This document shows, piece after piece, positions 10,040-19,026 of a stretch of 64,000 nucleotides of DNA (positions are counted from its first letter, which is position 1; each line of letters begins with the position of its first letter). The notes beneath the pieces are model-generated. The model was not told where the DNA came from, made no database searches, and worked only from the letters and a program-made list of their open reading frames with translations. This DNA comes from Nitrosopumilus sp. (GTDB lineage Archaea > Thermoproteota > Nitrososphaeria > Nitrososphaerales > Nitrosopumilaceae), in the NCBI GenBank assembly GCA_965219345.1, contig OZ244732.1:448001-512000 (forward strand). Direction: 5' to 3'. Made by a program: the position numbers and the translations under genes.

Positions 10040-10423
10040 AATTTTGTATATACTCAAAAACAATTATAATTCATTTTTTTACAGAAAATTTCAAATTTTT
10101 TATGTGCAGACCCGATTTGTCTAACAAAGGTTTGATTATTCGTGGAAATTTGCTTAGCTTTGATTCTATTATAAATCTCTATGACTCTCTAGAACATTTG
10201 CAAGTCTTCATCTAACAATTATAAATCTAAATTATAAATTAATCCTATTATTACCAAAGCAGCTCCCATAACTGAAATATCAATTTCTAGAATTTTGGTA
10301 GAAATTAAATCTAAATCAATAATACTAGGAATCCAAGAACAATTTTCATTCATAGAGTAACATGATTTTGATAACATTGTAACAAGTGGAGCTATTATCA
10401 ATATAGCAAGAATACCTTTTACA
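9690..10423 (+). repeat. 734-bp inverted duplicate of 21399-22132
   Basis: Near-identical reverse complement; contains a truncated copy of the 21783-22664 gene and a 60-codon membrane-protein fragment. Confidence 0.95.
10082..10154 (+). repeat. Dispersed ~72-bp imperfect palindrome, copy A
   Basis: cagaaaatttcaaa..tgtgcagacccga-N-aggtttgatt.tcgtggaaatttgc. Confidence 0.85.
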
Positions 10424-10433
10424 AGTGATTTAA

Positions 10434-12761
10434 ATGTGTGTACCGAGTTTTTGTATTGTGAAGTTCATAATTTTACTAGTTTTTGTATTGGTATTTAGTT
10501 CAAGTTTAGTTTCAATTTTACCTGTTAATGGTGAGACGGTAACTGCGACAATTCCAGTTGACGATGAACCTTCCGCCATAGCGGTAAATCCAACAACCAA
10601 CACAATTTATGTTACAACTGAACGTTCTGTTTCTGTTATTAATAGCACAACAAATAGAGTAACTGCAACAATTCCAGTTGACGATGAACCTTCTGCCATA
10701 GCAGTAAATCCAACAACCAACACAATTTATGTTACAACTGAACGTTCTGTTTCTGTTATTAATAGCACAACAAATAGAGTAACTGCGACAATTCCAGTTG
10801 ACGATGAACCTTCTGCCATAGCAGTAAATCCAACAACCAACACAATTTATGTTACAACTGAACGTTCTGTTTCTGTTATTAATAGCACAACAAATAGAGT
10901 AACTGCGACAATTCCAGTTGACGATGAACCTTCTGCCATAGCAGTAAATCCAACAACAAATAAAATCTATGTTGTAGACAATCTTTATTATACAGGTGGT
11001 AGTAATGGAACTCTAACCATAATTGATGGCACAGCAAATAGAGTAACTGCAACAATTCCAATTGGTGATAATGTTAGGGATGTAGCAGTAAATCCAACAA
11101 CCAACACAATTTATGTTACAAATGGGCCGACGGCGGGCCCCCCCCCCACTATATCTGTTATTGATGGCACAACAAATAGAGTAACTGCAACAATTCCAGT
11201 TAACCGTAATTCTTTCGATATCGCAGTAAACCCAACAACAAATAAAATTTACGTTGTAGATGGTTATGTTTCTGTTATTGATGGCACAACAAATAGAGTA
11301 ACTAAAACAATTCCAGTTGGCCATTATACTTCCGACATAGCAGTAAATCCAATAACCAACACAATTTACGTTGCAAATAAATATGCTGTTTCTGTTATTG
11401 GTACAGACATAATATCACCAATAGTTATCCCAGATAGTGCATCTATAAGTGCTAAACCAGAAATTCTTAATATAAACAACCAATGTGTTTCTACTGCCCA
11501 TGTTGGGAAAACCCTCTTTGTAGGTGTAGAAATTGAAAATCCAGGCGATAACACTGAAGATTTTGTCGCATCTTATCGATATTTGGCCCCAGGTGTAGGT
11601 GACTGGTCTGAATGGACATGGGTATCATCAATCATTAATGCAGGAAAATATTCTAATGTTGCAATTTCTTGGACTCCAACTGTAGCAGGTAACTATGAAT
11701 TTGACATACAAATTTGGGATAATGTTTTAGATAGAACTATCATTACTAAAGAAAAACTAACTGTTACTGTAAAGGATGCAGATAGTGTATCTATCACAAG
11801 TGCTAAACCAGAAATTCTTAATATAAACAACCAACGTGTTTCTACTGCCCATGTTGGGAAAACCGTCTTTGTAGGTGTAGAAATTGAAAATCCAGGCGAT
11901 AACACTGAAGATTTTGTCGCATCTTATCGATATTTGGCCCCAGGTGTAGGTGACTGGTCTGAATGGACATGGGTATCATCAATCATTAATGCAGGAAAAT
12001 ATTCTAATGTTGCAATTTCTTGGACTCCAACTGTAGCAAGTAACTATGAATTTGACATACAAATTTGGGACAATGTTTTAGATAGAACTATCATTACTAA
12101 AGAAAAACTAACTGTTACTGTAAAATCTGCATCAACAATAACTTCCCCAACAACTACATCTGAATCCATAGTTATCCCAGATAGTGTAGGTAGAAGCGGC
12201 GGAGGCGGAGGCGGAGGCGGAGGCGGAGGCGGAGGAGGCGACCATACTGGCATTAATACAAGCGGAGAACCCCTGTCTGATATTGAACTTTACAGCGTTT
12301 CATGGAACTGTGAAACGGGCCTAGTCAGAATAATAACCAATGATGACTCGTCTACGCTGTCAGTATCTGTCAGAACCTCTATTGGCGGCTTGGCTGAGGC
12401 CAGCCTGTCCGATGAAGAGAGACCTGGCAGCAAGGTATTCACATCCCATATAGGGCCTTCCGAGACATACCTTGGCATACTGTTGGTAGACATAGCGGGA
12501 CGGGACAGCAACATTAGAAATGAAAGCATTAGCATAAAACAGTGCGTTGGCGAGAAGACATATGATGATGATGATGATGATATATCAGATACGCCAAAAA
12601 AGTCCCCCCAGTCCAGTCGCGGTGGCGCATCTGAAGGCGACATGACGTGCAAGCCGGACTTTACACTGGTCAAGAATCTGAGAAATGATCTTGCCTGCAT
12701 CCTTGACCGCTCGGTACAGCCATTGATAGAGCGCGGCTGGGCAGAATCAATAGTCGGATAG
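10434..12761 (+). CDS. Secreted YVTN/YncE beta-propeller protein with duplicated Ig-like domains, poly-Gly linker and thaumarchaeal C-terminal Cys motif
   Basis: Signal peptide; IAVNPTTN.IYVT repeats; duplicated ~110-aa module; C..C...LIERGW terminus. Confidence 0.88.
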   Translation: MCVPSFCIVKFIILLVFVLVFSSSLVSILPVNGETVTATIPVDDEPSAIAVNPTTNTIYVTTERSVSVINSTTNRVTATIPVDDEPSAIAVNPTTNTIYVTTERSVSVINSTTNRVTATIPVDDEPSAIAVNPTTNTIYVTTERSVSVINSTTNRVTATIPVDDEPSAIAVNPTTNKIYVVDNLYYTGGSNGTLTIIDGTANRVTATIPIGDNVRDVAVNPTTNTIYVTNGPTAGPPPTISVIDGTTNRVTATIPVNRNSFDIAVNPTTNKIYVVDGYVSVIDGTTNRVTKTIPVGHYTSDIAVNPITNTIYVANKYAVSVIGTDIISPIVIPDSASISAKPEILNINNQCVSTAHVGKTLFVGVEIENPGDNTEDFVASYRYLAPGVGDWSEWTWVSSIINAGKYSNVAISWTPTVAGNYEFDIQIWDNVLDRTIITKEKLTVTVKDADSVSITSAKPEILNINNQRVSTAHVGKTVFVGVEIENPGDNTEDFVASYRYLAPGVGDWSEWTWVSSIINAGKYSNVAISWTPTVASNYEFDIQIWDNVLDRTIITKEKLTVTVKSASTITSPTTTSESIVIPDSVGRSGGGGGGGGGGGGGGDHTGINTSGEPLSDIELYSVSWNCETGLVRIITNDDSSTLSVSVRTSIGGLAEASLSDEERPGSKVFTSHIGPSETYLGILLVDIAGRDSNIRNESISIKQCVGEKTYDDDDDDISDTPKKSPQSSRGGASEGDMTCKPDFTLVKNLRNDLACILDRSVQPLIERGWAESIVG
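10539..10958 (+). repeat. 120-bp coding tandem repeat (about 3.5 near-identical copies)
   Basis: gtaactgc.acaattccagttgacgatgaacc recurs every 120 bp. Confidence 0.92.
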
Positions 12762-12859
12762 TGCGCGCGTACAGTATTAAGACAAAGCCGCAATACACCA
12801 AAAAAAATTACACATCGCATCTGAATCAATTTGTGGAATTTCCAGGAATTAACTGCATG

Positions 12860-13259
12860 GGGAAATTATTGCTATGGGTTATAATATGATCTTAGAACGT
12901 TTTCAAATGTTTTTACAAGATAAAAATAGTAATGGAATTATACGTGTAGATAAAACAACCGATCCAACCCAGTACAAATTGAATCTAAAGGATAGGTTAT
13001 CATAAAACACACAAACAGTGTTAGACGAAAACGTTTTGTTGCTTTTGTACAAGCTCGTAATGTAATTGAAGAAGTTTTAATGCTGGATTCTTCTATGAGA
13101 AAAGGATTGCAAATAGCTGATGCAGTAGCTTATTGTACAACAAGATATCTGACGAATCATCAAAATTTTACAAGGAATTGGAATATTGTAAAATCAAAAC
13201 TACGGACAAATCCTTCTGGTAAAATGGATGGATTTGGTTTGATAAGATTTCCAAAATAA
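12860..13259 (+). pseudogene. DUF3800-family gene remnant (5'-truncated, frameshift near 12995)
   Basis: Manual translation: ILERFQMFL..NGIIRVD ... NVIEEVLMLDSSMRKGLQIADAVAYC ... DGFGLIRFPK*. Confidence 0.85.
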
Positions 13260-13330
13260 AAAACGAAGAAACAAGGTCGCGACTTGCCACCATTGCCTCT
13301 TCTGCGATGCTGCTATAACCGCATCGTACT
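13260..13330 (-). ncRNA. Predicted two-hairpin small RNA convergent on the DUF3800 remnant
   Basis: Minus strand: TTTATA at 13349-13354; hairpins cgatgc/gcatcg and gaagaggcaa/ttgtttcttc (G-U pairs on this strand); T-tract follows. Confidence 0.6.
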
Positions 13331-13415
13331 ATAATATGGCAGACCCAGTATAAATTTTTGTCGTATTTTAATATGAAAAAACAGCTCAAATTTTGAACTC
13401 AAATTCATTTTTCTC

Positions 13416-13486
13416 CAGAAAATTTCAAAATTTTGTGTGTAGACCCGATTATACCATTACAGGTTTGATTGCTCGTGAAAATCTGC
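13416..13486 (+). repeat. Dispersed ~72-bp imperfect palindrome, copy B
   Basis: Same arms as copies at 10082, 15289, 21668 (inverted) and 30054. Confidence 0.85.
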
Positions 13487-13498
13487 ACATCAATATTT

Positions 13499-15013
13499 TC
13501 ATACTAACAATAGAAATACTGATGTAGGAACTATTACATAACTTGTCTTGACATCAAATAATGATTTTGAAAGAACCACACCTTTGTCATTACCTGTTTT
13601 AGAAAGAAAGTTTATCATAGGTGCTAATTCTTTAAGATCAAGTTTATTTCTAAATTTTACTTCAATAGGAGCTTCTGTTGTATCCCCATCATATAGAATA
13701 AAATCAACTTCCCGCCCTTTGTCATCTTTCCAATAAAATACATGATTATGGTAATCATAGGTCTGCTTCTTTTTACTCATCGAAAAAGCCCATCGGATAA
13801 GGTGATCTGCAATAATACCTTCAATGATCCTGCTTTGATTGACCTCGTCTTCCAAATATTTGAGGCTAGTTTCAAAATTCCCATTTGGACTCATCCAGCC
13901 ATTGAATATATGTAAAAAGAAAGGATCGGCGAAATAGAATTTTCTGTCCTTTTGAATTATGGGTATTTTTTTCTGTTCACCATAAAGATGTACGATCGAT
14001 AAAACAAATAGATCATCTAAAGTATATGCATGATCCTGCGCTGTATTTGGGCTTCCTAATGCAGCCTCTTTAGCAAGATTATTCCAAGAAATATGACTAG
14101 TTAAGCTTTTGACTATAGCTCCACCAAATTGTTTTAACAATGTTTCATTTTTTGATAATTCACTCCATTGCCCAGTAATACTTTCTAAATAATTGGTATA
14201 GATGCTTTCATGAATTGTATTCATTTTAATTCTTTCATCTATTACTTTTGGGGTTCCACCTGTTAACATGTATTCATTTAGTAAATTATTTATTTCATTT
14301 TGATATGCATTTAGCTTATCTAATTTTTCATCAACTTCTCCTGTAATTAATTTTTTAAAAATAACTTCCCGACTTTCAAATGAACGTAAGTTATTTTGAT
14401 TGATTAATTCTTTTATGTCATTATTTAATAGTGATACATACTCTACAAACTTCATGGGAAGTAAAATTTTATCATAGCTATCATTGATTGTTCCTTTACG
14501 ACCAGGTAATCTTTCAGTAGCATTTTTAATATTGATAGCTTGTGAACCTATAGCCATTACAGTACAATTAATTAATTTATCATTATCCACTAACCACTTG
14601 ATTCCTTTTTGCCAATCTGTTACTGACGATACTTCATCCAAAAACAGATAAGAACGTCTATCACCTCTTTGTCTACTACTTAATTTCATATAGGTTTCAA
14701 TTAAATCAACAACATCTTGTTGAGTAGTAGCTAAATCAAGAGAATAATATAAAATATTCCATGGGTTTATTCCTTTTTCTAGAAAATCTTTAATTTGTAA
14801 TTTTACTAGAGTTGTTTTACCAACTTGTCTAGGCCCACGTAAAGTGTAAACTACAGTGTTATTTGGTTCAAAATCATATTTAATTACATACCTTAGTCTT
14901 GGATCATATTTTATTTCCGACTCTTTCCATTCTCTAATTTTTTTATCTGTAAGAATATTAGAAGGATCTTTCCACCATGGATTCAAATCACGCATGTCGC
15001 TTTCTTTAATCAC
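13499..15013 (-). CDS. AAA_14 + DUF4143 ATP-binding protein (C-terminal PD-(D/E)xK-like domain)
   Basis: LNPWW, GPRQVGKTT, LFLDEV, GGTP, KFYFADP, YW..REVDF..PIEVK. Confidence 0.92.
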   Translation of the reverse strand: MIKESDMRDLNPWWKDPSNILTDKKIREWKESEIKYDPRLRYVIKYDFEPNNTVVYTLRGPRQVGKTTLVKLQIKDFLEKGINPWNILYYSLDLATTQQDVVDLIETYMKLSSRQRGDRRSYLFLDEVSSVTDWQKGIKWLVDNDKLINCTVMAIGSQAINIKNATERLPGRKGTINDSYDKILLPMKFVEYVSLLNNDIKELINQNNLRSFESREVIFKKLITGEVDEKLDKLNAYQNEINNLLNEYMLTGGTPKVIDERIKMNTIHESIYTNYLESITGQWSELSKNETLLKQFGGAIVKSLTSHISWNNLAKEAALGSPNTAQDHAYTLDDLFVLSIVHLYGEQKKIPIIQKDRKFYFADPFFLHIFNGWMSPNGNFETSLKYLEDEVNQSRIIEGIIADHLIRWAFSMSKKKQTYDYHNHVFYWKDDKGREVDFILYDGDTTEAPIEVKFRNKLDLKELAPMINFLSKTGNDKGVVLSKSLFDVKTSYVIVPTSVFLLLV

Positions 15014-15025
15014 GCTTATTACTAC

Positions 15026-15229
15026 TGATCAGTTCTTTATATATTCAAAAATCACTTGATGATCAGTTCTTTATATATTCAAAAATCACTTGATGATCAG
15101 TTCTTTATATATTCAAAAATCACTTGATGATCAGTTCTTTATATATTCAAAAATCACTTGATGATCAGTTCTTTATATATTCAAAAATCACTTGATGATC
15201 AGTTCTTTATATATTCAAAAATCACTTGA
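15026..15229. repeat. 34-bp tandem repeat x6 (tgatcagttctttatatattcaaaaatcacttga) covering the promoter region of the DUF4143 ATPase
   Basis: Six identical contiguous units with no spacers; each contains TTTATATA. Confidence 0.95.
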
Positions 15230-15288
15230 TGAGAATTTATTTTTATAATAAATTTCAAGATGATCAAGATTTACATATCTTTTTTCTC

Positions 15289-15360
15289 CAGAAAATTTTA
15301 AAATTTTGTGTGCAGACCCGATTATACTATTACAGGTTTGATTGTTCGTGGAAATTTGCT
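15289..15360 (+). repeat. Dispersed ~72-bp imperfect palindrome, copy C
   Basis: Sequence match to the other copies. Confidence 0.85.
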
Positions 15361-15519
15361 AGCTTTGATTCTATTATAATGAAATATATTATATTGGTTG
15401 TGCCTAACTGTTTTATTTTTCACAGCAATTTCTCATTGTGTAGATACATCTCATTCTAGGCACTAAAACAATTTTACGGAGTTAGCTTTGATTCTATTAT
15501 AAATCTCTAATTCATGCCT

Positions 15520-16711
15520 TGTGGGATCCTGAAAGTAGTATACCCCCTATCTGACATCGTATTCCTCTCCCGTTTGTTCGTCAATAACTGTTTGTCCTGG
15601 GGATGGCATCTTTCTGGTGAATGCCCGCGCCGGTGTCTCTAGGTTGTCCAGATCAAGTGACATGTGTGGCCGGTCGTGGTTGAACCATTCCACAAACCGC
15701 TCCACGGGATCCGTCTTTGGTTTCGTGTTGAACGGTCCGCCCACACGGTCCGTCTCGGATCCTGCTGAACGCACCGTTCTGTAGGCCGACTCCTCCTCGA
15801 AGAGGTGCAGTTTGCGCTGGAGTTCACCGTGAACCCTCTCGAGCTTGCCGTTTGTCTGCGGGTGTCTTACACGCGCCAGGATCTGCCTGATGCCCAGCGA
15901 CACCAGCTCCCGCTCAAATTCGGAGGCGCCTTTCTTCTTGTACTGCCCCTCGTTGGCGTAGAACTGGCTGCCGCGGTCAGTCAGAATGGACGCGGGTTTG
16001 CCGTGCGCCTCCATTGCTGCCCTGAGAACCTCGATTGCGTGCCTGGAGGTGGCCTGATCAAAGACGCCGTATCCGACAATAAACCTGGAGGCGTCATCCA
16101 GATAGGCGATAAACCACCTTCCGTCATCCAGCTGCTTGTAGTCTGTGTGCCACATCGAGTTGGAGTAGGTGCGCTCAAAGCGGATCCACTTGCGCCTCTT
16201 GCTCTTCTTGGGCTGCCTTGCCGACAGGTTGTTGTCCCTCATTATGCCGTGTACGGCATTGTGAGGGATATGTGTATTCCCTCTTCCTCCTCGATCAGTC
16301 GCTCCGTGCGGACGGCCCCCTGGCGGTGCCTGCAGTGTGCAGAGAGGACCGCAGTGTTCCCTGCGACCCGGAAGACCATTCTCGGGCCTGCCCATGCTAG
16401 CCGGGTAGACTATCCTGTCAGGTTCCACACCCTTGTACCTGGCCCACAGTTTCTTTACCCAGATCTCGGAGATGCCCATGGTATCTGCAATCTGCCTGTT
16501 GGTCGTTTTGCCGGCCTTCTTCTGCAGGATTATCCACTTTACCTTTGACTCGTCAAGTTTTCTCATGACCCTGATGCGGCGCCTTCCGATATGTCTCCAC
16601 CTCTGTGTGCGCTTTAGGAACCCACGTACCATCATCTCAATTCTGCGTCTTGCTTCAGTCAGTATGCGTCCCTCCTATTTTGAGGGGGTATACTACTTTC
16701 TGGACTATACA
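15520..16711 (-). mobile_element. IS481-family insertion sequence
   Basis: 29-bp imperfect IRs starting TGT (tgtgggatcctgaaagtagtataccccct / tgtatagtccagaaagtagtataccccct); GC-rich; no flanking target duplication seen. Confidence 0.88.
15547..16635 (-). CDS. IS481-family DDE transposase (rve), with an internal frameshifted segment
   Basis: WHTDYK, LDDASR, TDRGSQF, HPQTNGKLER, N..RPH.SL. Confidence 0.88.
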   Translation of the reverse strand: MMVRGFLKRTQRWRHIGRRRIRVMRKLDESKVKWIILQKKAGKTTNRQIADTMGISEIWVKKLWARYKGVEPDRIVYPASMGRPENGLPGRREHCGPLCTLQAPPGGRPHGATDRGGRGNTHIPHNAVHGIMRDNNLSARQPKKSKRRKWIRFERTYSNSMWHTDYKQLDDGRWFIAYLDDASRFIVGYGVFDQATSRHAIEVLRAAMEAHGKPASILTDRGSQFYANEGQYKKKGASEFERELVSLGIRQILARVRHPQTNGKLERVHGELQRKLHLFEEESAYRTVRSAGSETDRVGGPFNTKPKTDPVERFVEWFNHDRPHMSLDLDNLETPARAFTRKMPSPGQTVIDEQTGEEYDVR

Positions 16712-16744
16712 TTATTTTACGAGTGTTGAAGATTTAACATAGTA

Positions 16745-16802
16745 TCTGATGTAATCTCCATGTATCTGGGATTCTTTCCATATATCTGGGGAGTTTTCCA
16801 GA
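16745..16802. promoter_or_regulatory. Three tandem TCTGR-N8-CCA(K) palindromes at 20-bp period (putative protein-binding sites)
   Basis: tctgatgtaatctccatg, tctgggattctttccata, tctggggagttttccaga; the same motif occurs at 17011 and 17147. Confidence 0.55.
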
Positions 16803-16930
16803 GTTCTTGATTTGTATTTAGAAATTTTATTCTTTATTTTTGAAACTTAGTTTTTGTGAATTTTTTTATATCGGTTATGATCGATTTGATCACACTCTTT
16901 TTTAATTACATTCCCCTCAATTAGTAAATA

Positions 16931-16998
16931 CTGCTGTCCAGCAGACCATGGGATTGCCAGAGGCAATAACACCTGCGAAACTTGTACTACGACGGCAG
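16931..16998 (+). ncRNA. Predicted structured small RNA, unit 1 of DUF3800-associated array
   Basis: Closing stem ctgctgtc/gacggcag; core atgggattgccagaggcaataacacctgcgaaact; T-tract after. Confidence 0.7.
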
Positions 16999-17065
16999 TT
17001 TTTCTAATAATCTGGAATCTTCTCCAGATAGTAGTTTATATTCTCAATATCGTTTTTTTAATTAA

Positions 17066-17136
17066 GTTACCATCCAGCAGAATTATGGGATTGCCAGAGG
17101 CAATAACACCTGCGAAACTTAACCAACGATGGTAGC
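17066..17136 (+). ncRNA. Predicted structured small RNA, unit 2
   Basis: Closing stem gttaccatc/gatggtagc; same core; TTTATA at 17035-17040. Confidence 0.7.
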
Positions 17137-17201
17137 CTTTTCCTTTTCTGAATAAGACACCAGATAGTAGTTTATTATGCAGTTTGCCGTATTGTTATCA
17201 G

Positions 17202-17276
17202 GTGAAGTAGCCCAGCAGAATTATGGGATTGCCAGAGGCAATAACACCTGCGAAACTCAACCAACGGCAACTTCAC
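17202..17276 (+). ncRNA. Predicted structured small RNA, unit 3
   Basis: Closing stem gtgaagtagcc/ggcaacttcac; same core; TTTATT at 17171-17176; T-tract after. Confidence 0.7.
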
Positions 17277-17932
17277 TTTTTATTTATTGTTAAGTAAATT
17301 TCCAAAGATAGCATTTGGCAACTTTTTCCGAATTTTTGGTTTTTAATTTATTATGAAATTCCCAAGGAATCAAAATGCTATTATTTTTATCAATAATATG
17401 TTGTTTTAATGCCCCACATAAAATATCAGCAATTTGAATTGGTTCTGATTCATGTGAGTCTTTTAGTACATGTAATGGATCAAAAGAATTACCATCAGCT
17501 AATATTTTCACAAATTGTTTTACTATTTTAACAGGAGTTAATGGTTGAAAATCTGAATCACAGTGTATTGGGATTTCATTTGATAGTTTGAATAATTCTT
17601 TTCTTAGTAATATTCTCTCATCACTTTTGTAATCATAATTTGTAAACCAACCATTAATTAATTTTATAAAAACATCTACTAGTTTTTCAACAGGATTTTT
17701 CAATGCATTAGTTTTAATCATAATAACCATTGTACAAGAGATTTTCAAAAGAATTTCAAGTTTATCAGAAACAACTTTTCTACACTCTGGATTTAATTTA
17801 TTCCATTTAAATTCGTCTCCATGATTCTTTTTTGCTTTTGGAATTGCGAGCATTTTTTCTAAATAATGATAACCTGCTGAATGATTATCAAAAAATGCTA
17901 TACATACGTAGGTATCATCATCTTTACTACTA

Positions 17933-19026
17933 CACTGTCGATCAAAAGTTCTTGAGATCAAATGACTTTCTGCAGATGAACTTCATTGCGTCAAGCCACG
18001 GCCGCGCCGTCCTGAAATGCTCTGACATTGCGCGGTGCATCTGCCCTATTGTTCCATAATATTCTGACACCAGCACGTCGCGCTTTGACTGGTGCCAGTA
18101 CTCCTCCATGACGCTGAGCTCCGGTGTTGCGGTTGGAAGCCATACTGCCTTGACGTTCTTGTTGCCCTTTAGGAACTCGCTCACCGTCTTCGCCTTGTGC
18201 TGCGGCGCGTTGTCCATTATTATGGCAACCTTTCCGAAATGTCCCGCAAGCTCCTTTAGGTACCGCAGTACCATCTCCTTGTCAAATTTTTCGTACGTCC
18301 TGATGAACTGCCTGCCGTCAGTCGCGATGGAACCGTACGCCACGACCCTGCCGTGCCGGCCCTTGTATGTGGTGACTATGGGCTGGCCTTTTGGCGACCA
18401 GTACTTTGTCCCCGATGCCGGGTCGTCTATGAATATGGACTCGTCAAAGACTACGACGGCAAAACCCCTCGATTCCAGGCGCGATATGCGCCTCTTTGCG
18501 TTGCGCTGCCACCTTTTGATCTCGTCTGTCCCTGCCCTGTTTATGTGGACCCGTCTTGCCGTCTTGGCAGACATGCCCAGCCTGTGCATTATCCTCCTGG
18601 CGCTTGTAATGTGGTATGTTATGCCGTGCATCTTGCGGACACGTTCCCTCAGCTGCGGGGGAGTAATGATGCTGCCTGCCCCGGATATTGTCTCTTCAAT
18701 GTCTTCGAGCCTGACCTTCGGTGGCCTGCCGCTCCTGGGAAGATCCCGGAGGGTGTCGATGCCGCCCTCCCGGAAGCGTTCTACCCAGAAGGAGACCCAG
18801 TTGGGACACTGCATGAGTGAGTCTGCCGCATGCTGGATGCTCTCATTGTTCATGCACACCATGTTTACTGCGGCCATCCTGATCTTGACCCTGGGATCCC
18901 TTTCCTTCTTGTACGCCTTCTTCAGGTCTTCGGATTTTACTGCGGGCATTGTAATGCGTAGTGGGACGTGATCAAAATGTGTTGCCGTCTAACATGTTTG
19001 ATCTCATGAACTTTTGCTCGTCAGTA
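17933..19026 (-). mobile_element. IS630-family insertion sequence with TA duplication
   Basis: IRs cactgtcgatcaaaagttcttgagatcaaa / tactgacgagcaaaagttcatgagatcaaa, flanked by TA at 17931-17932 and 19027-19028. Confidence 0.93.
17942..18949 (-). CDS. IS630-family transposase (HTH + DDE)
   Basis: PRSGRPPK, VFDES, MDNAPQHK, LPTATPELSVMEEYW. Confidence 0.92.
   Translation of the reverse strand: MPAVKSEDLKKAYKKERDPRVKIRMAAVNMVCMNNESIQHAADSLMQCPNWVSFWVERFREGGIDTLRDLPRSGRPPKVRLEDIEETISGAGSIITPPQLRERVRKMHGITYHITSARRIMHRLGMSAKTARRVHINRAGTDEIKRWQRNAKRRISRLESRGFAVVVFDESIFIDDPASGTKYWSPKGQPIVTTYKGRHGRVVAYGSIATDGRQFIRTYEKFDKEMVLRYLKELAGHFGKVAIIMDNAPQHKAKTVSEFLKGNKNVKAVWLPTATPELSVMEEYWHQSKRDVLVSEYYGTIGQMHRAMSEHFRTARPWLDAMKFICRKSFDLKNF

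Noticed and set aside
15026-15229. CRISPR-like 34-bp repeats
   Set aside because: Units are contiguous with no spacers
15402-15487. attC-like site (gcctaac ... gttagct)
   Set aside because: The ends resemble R boxes, but the interior is not palindromic and no integron integrase is visible
16938-16990. Hammerhead or HDV-like ribozyme (contains GCGAAAC)
   Set aside because: No CUGANGA core, and I could not build a convincing HDV P1/P3/L3 nested pseudoknot by eye; cmscan is needed to exclude this fully
16931-17276. CRISPR array interpretation of the repeats
   Set aside because: The period is ~137 bp, the inter-repeat DNA has its own conserved motifs and base-paired flanks, and no cas genes are in the window
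15805-18971. Long antisense ORFs within IS481 and IS630
   Set aside because: Shadow ORFs of GC-rich transposase genes
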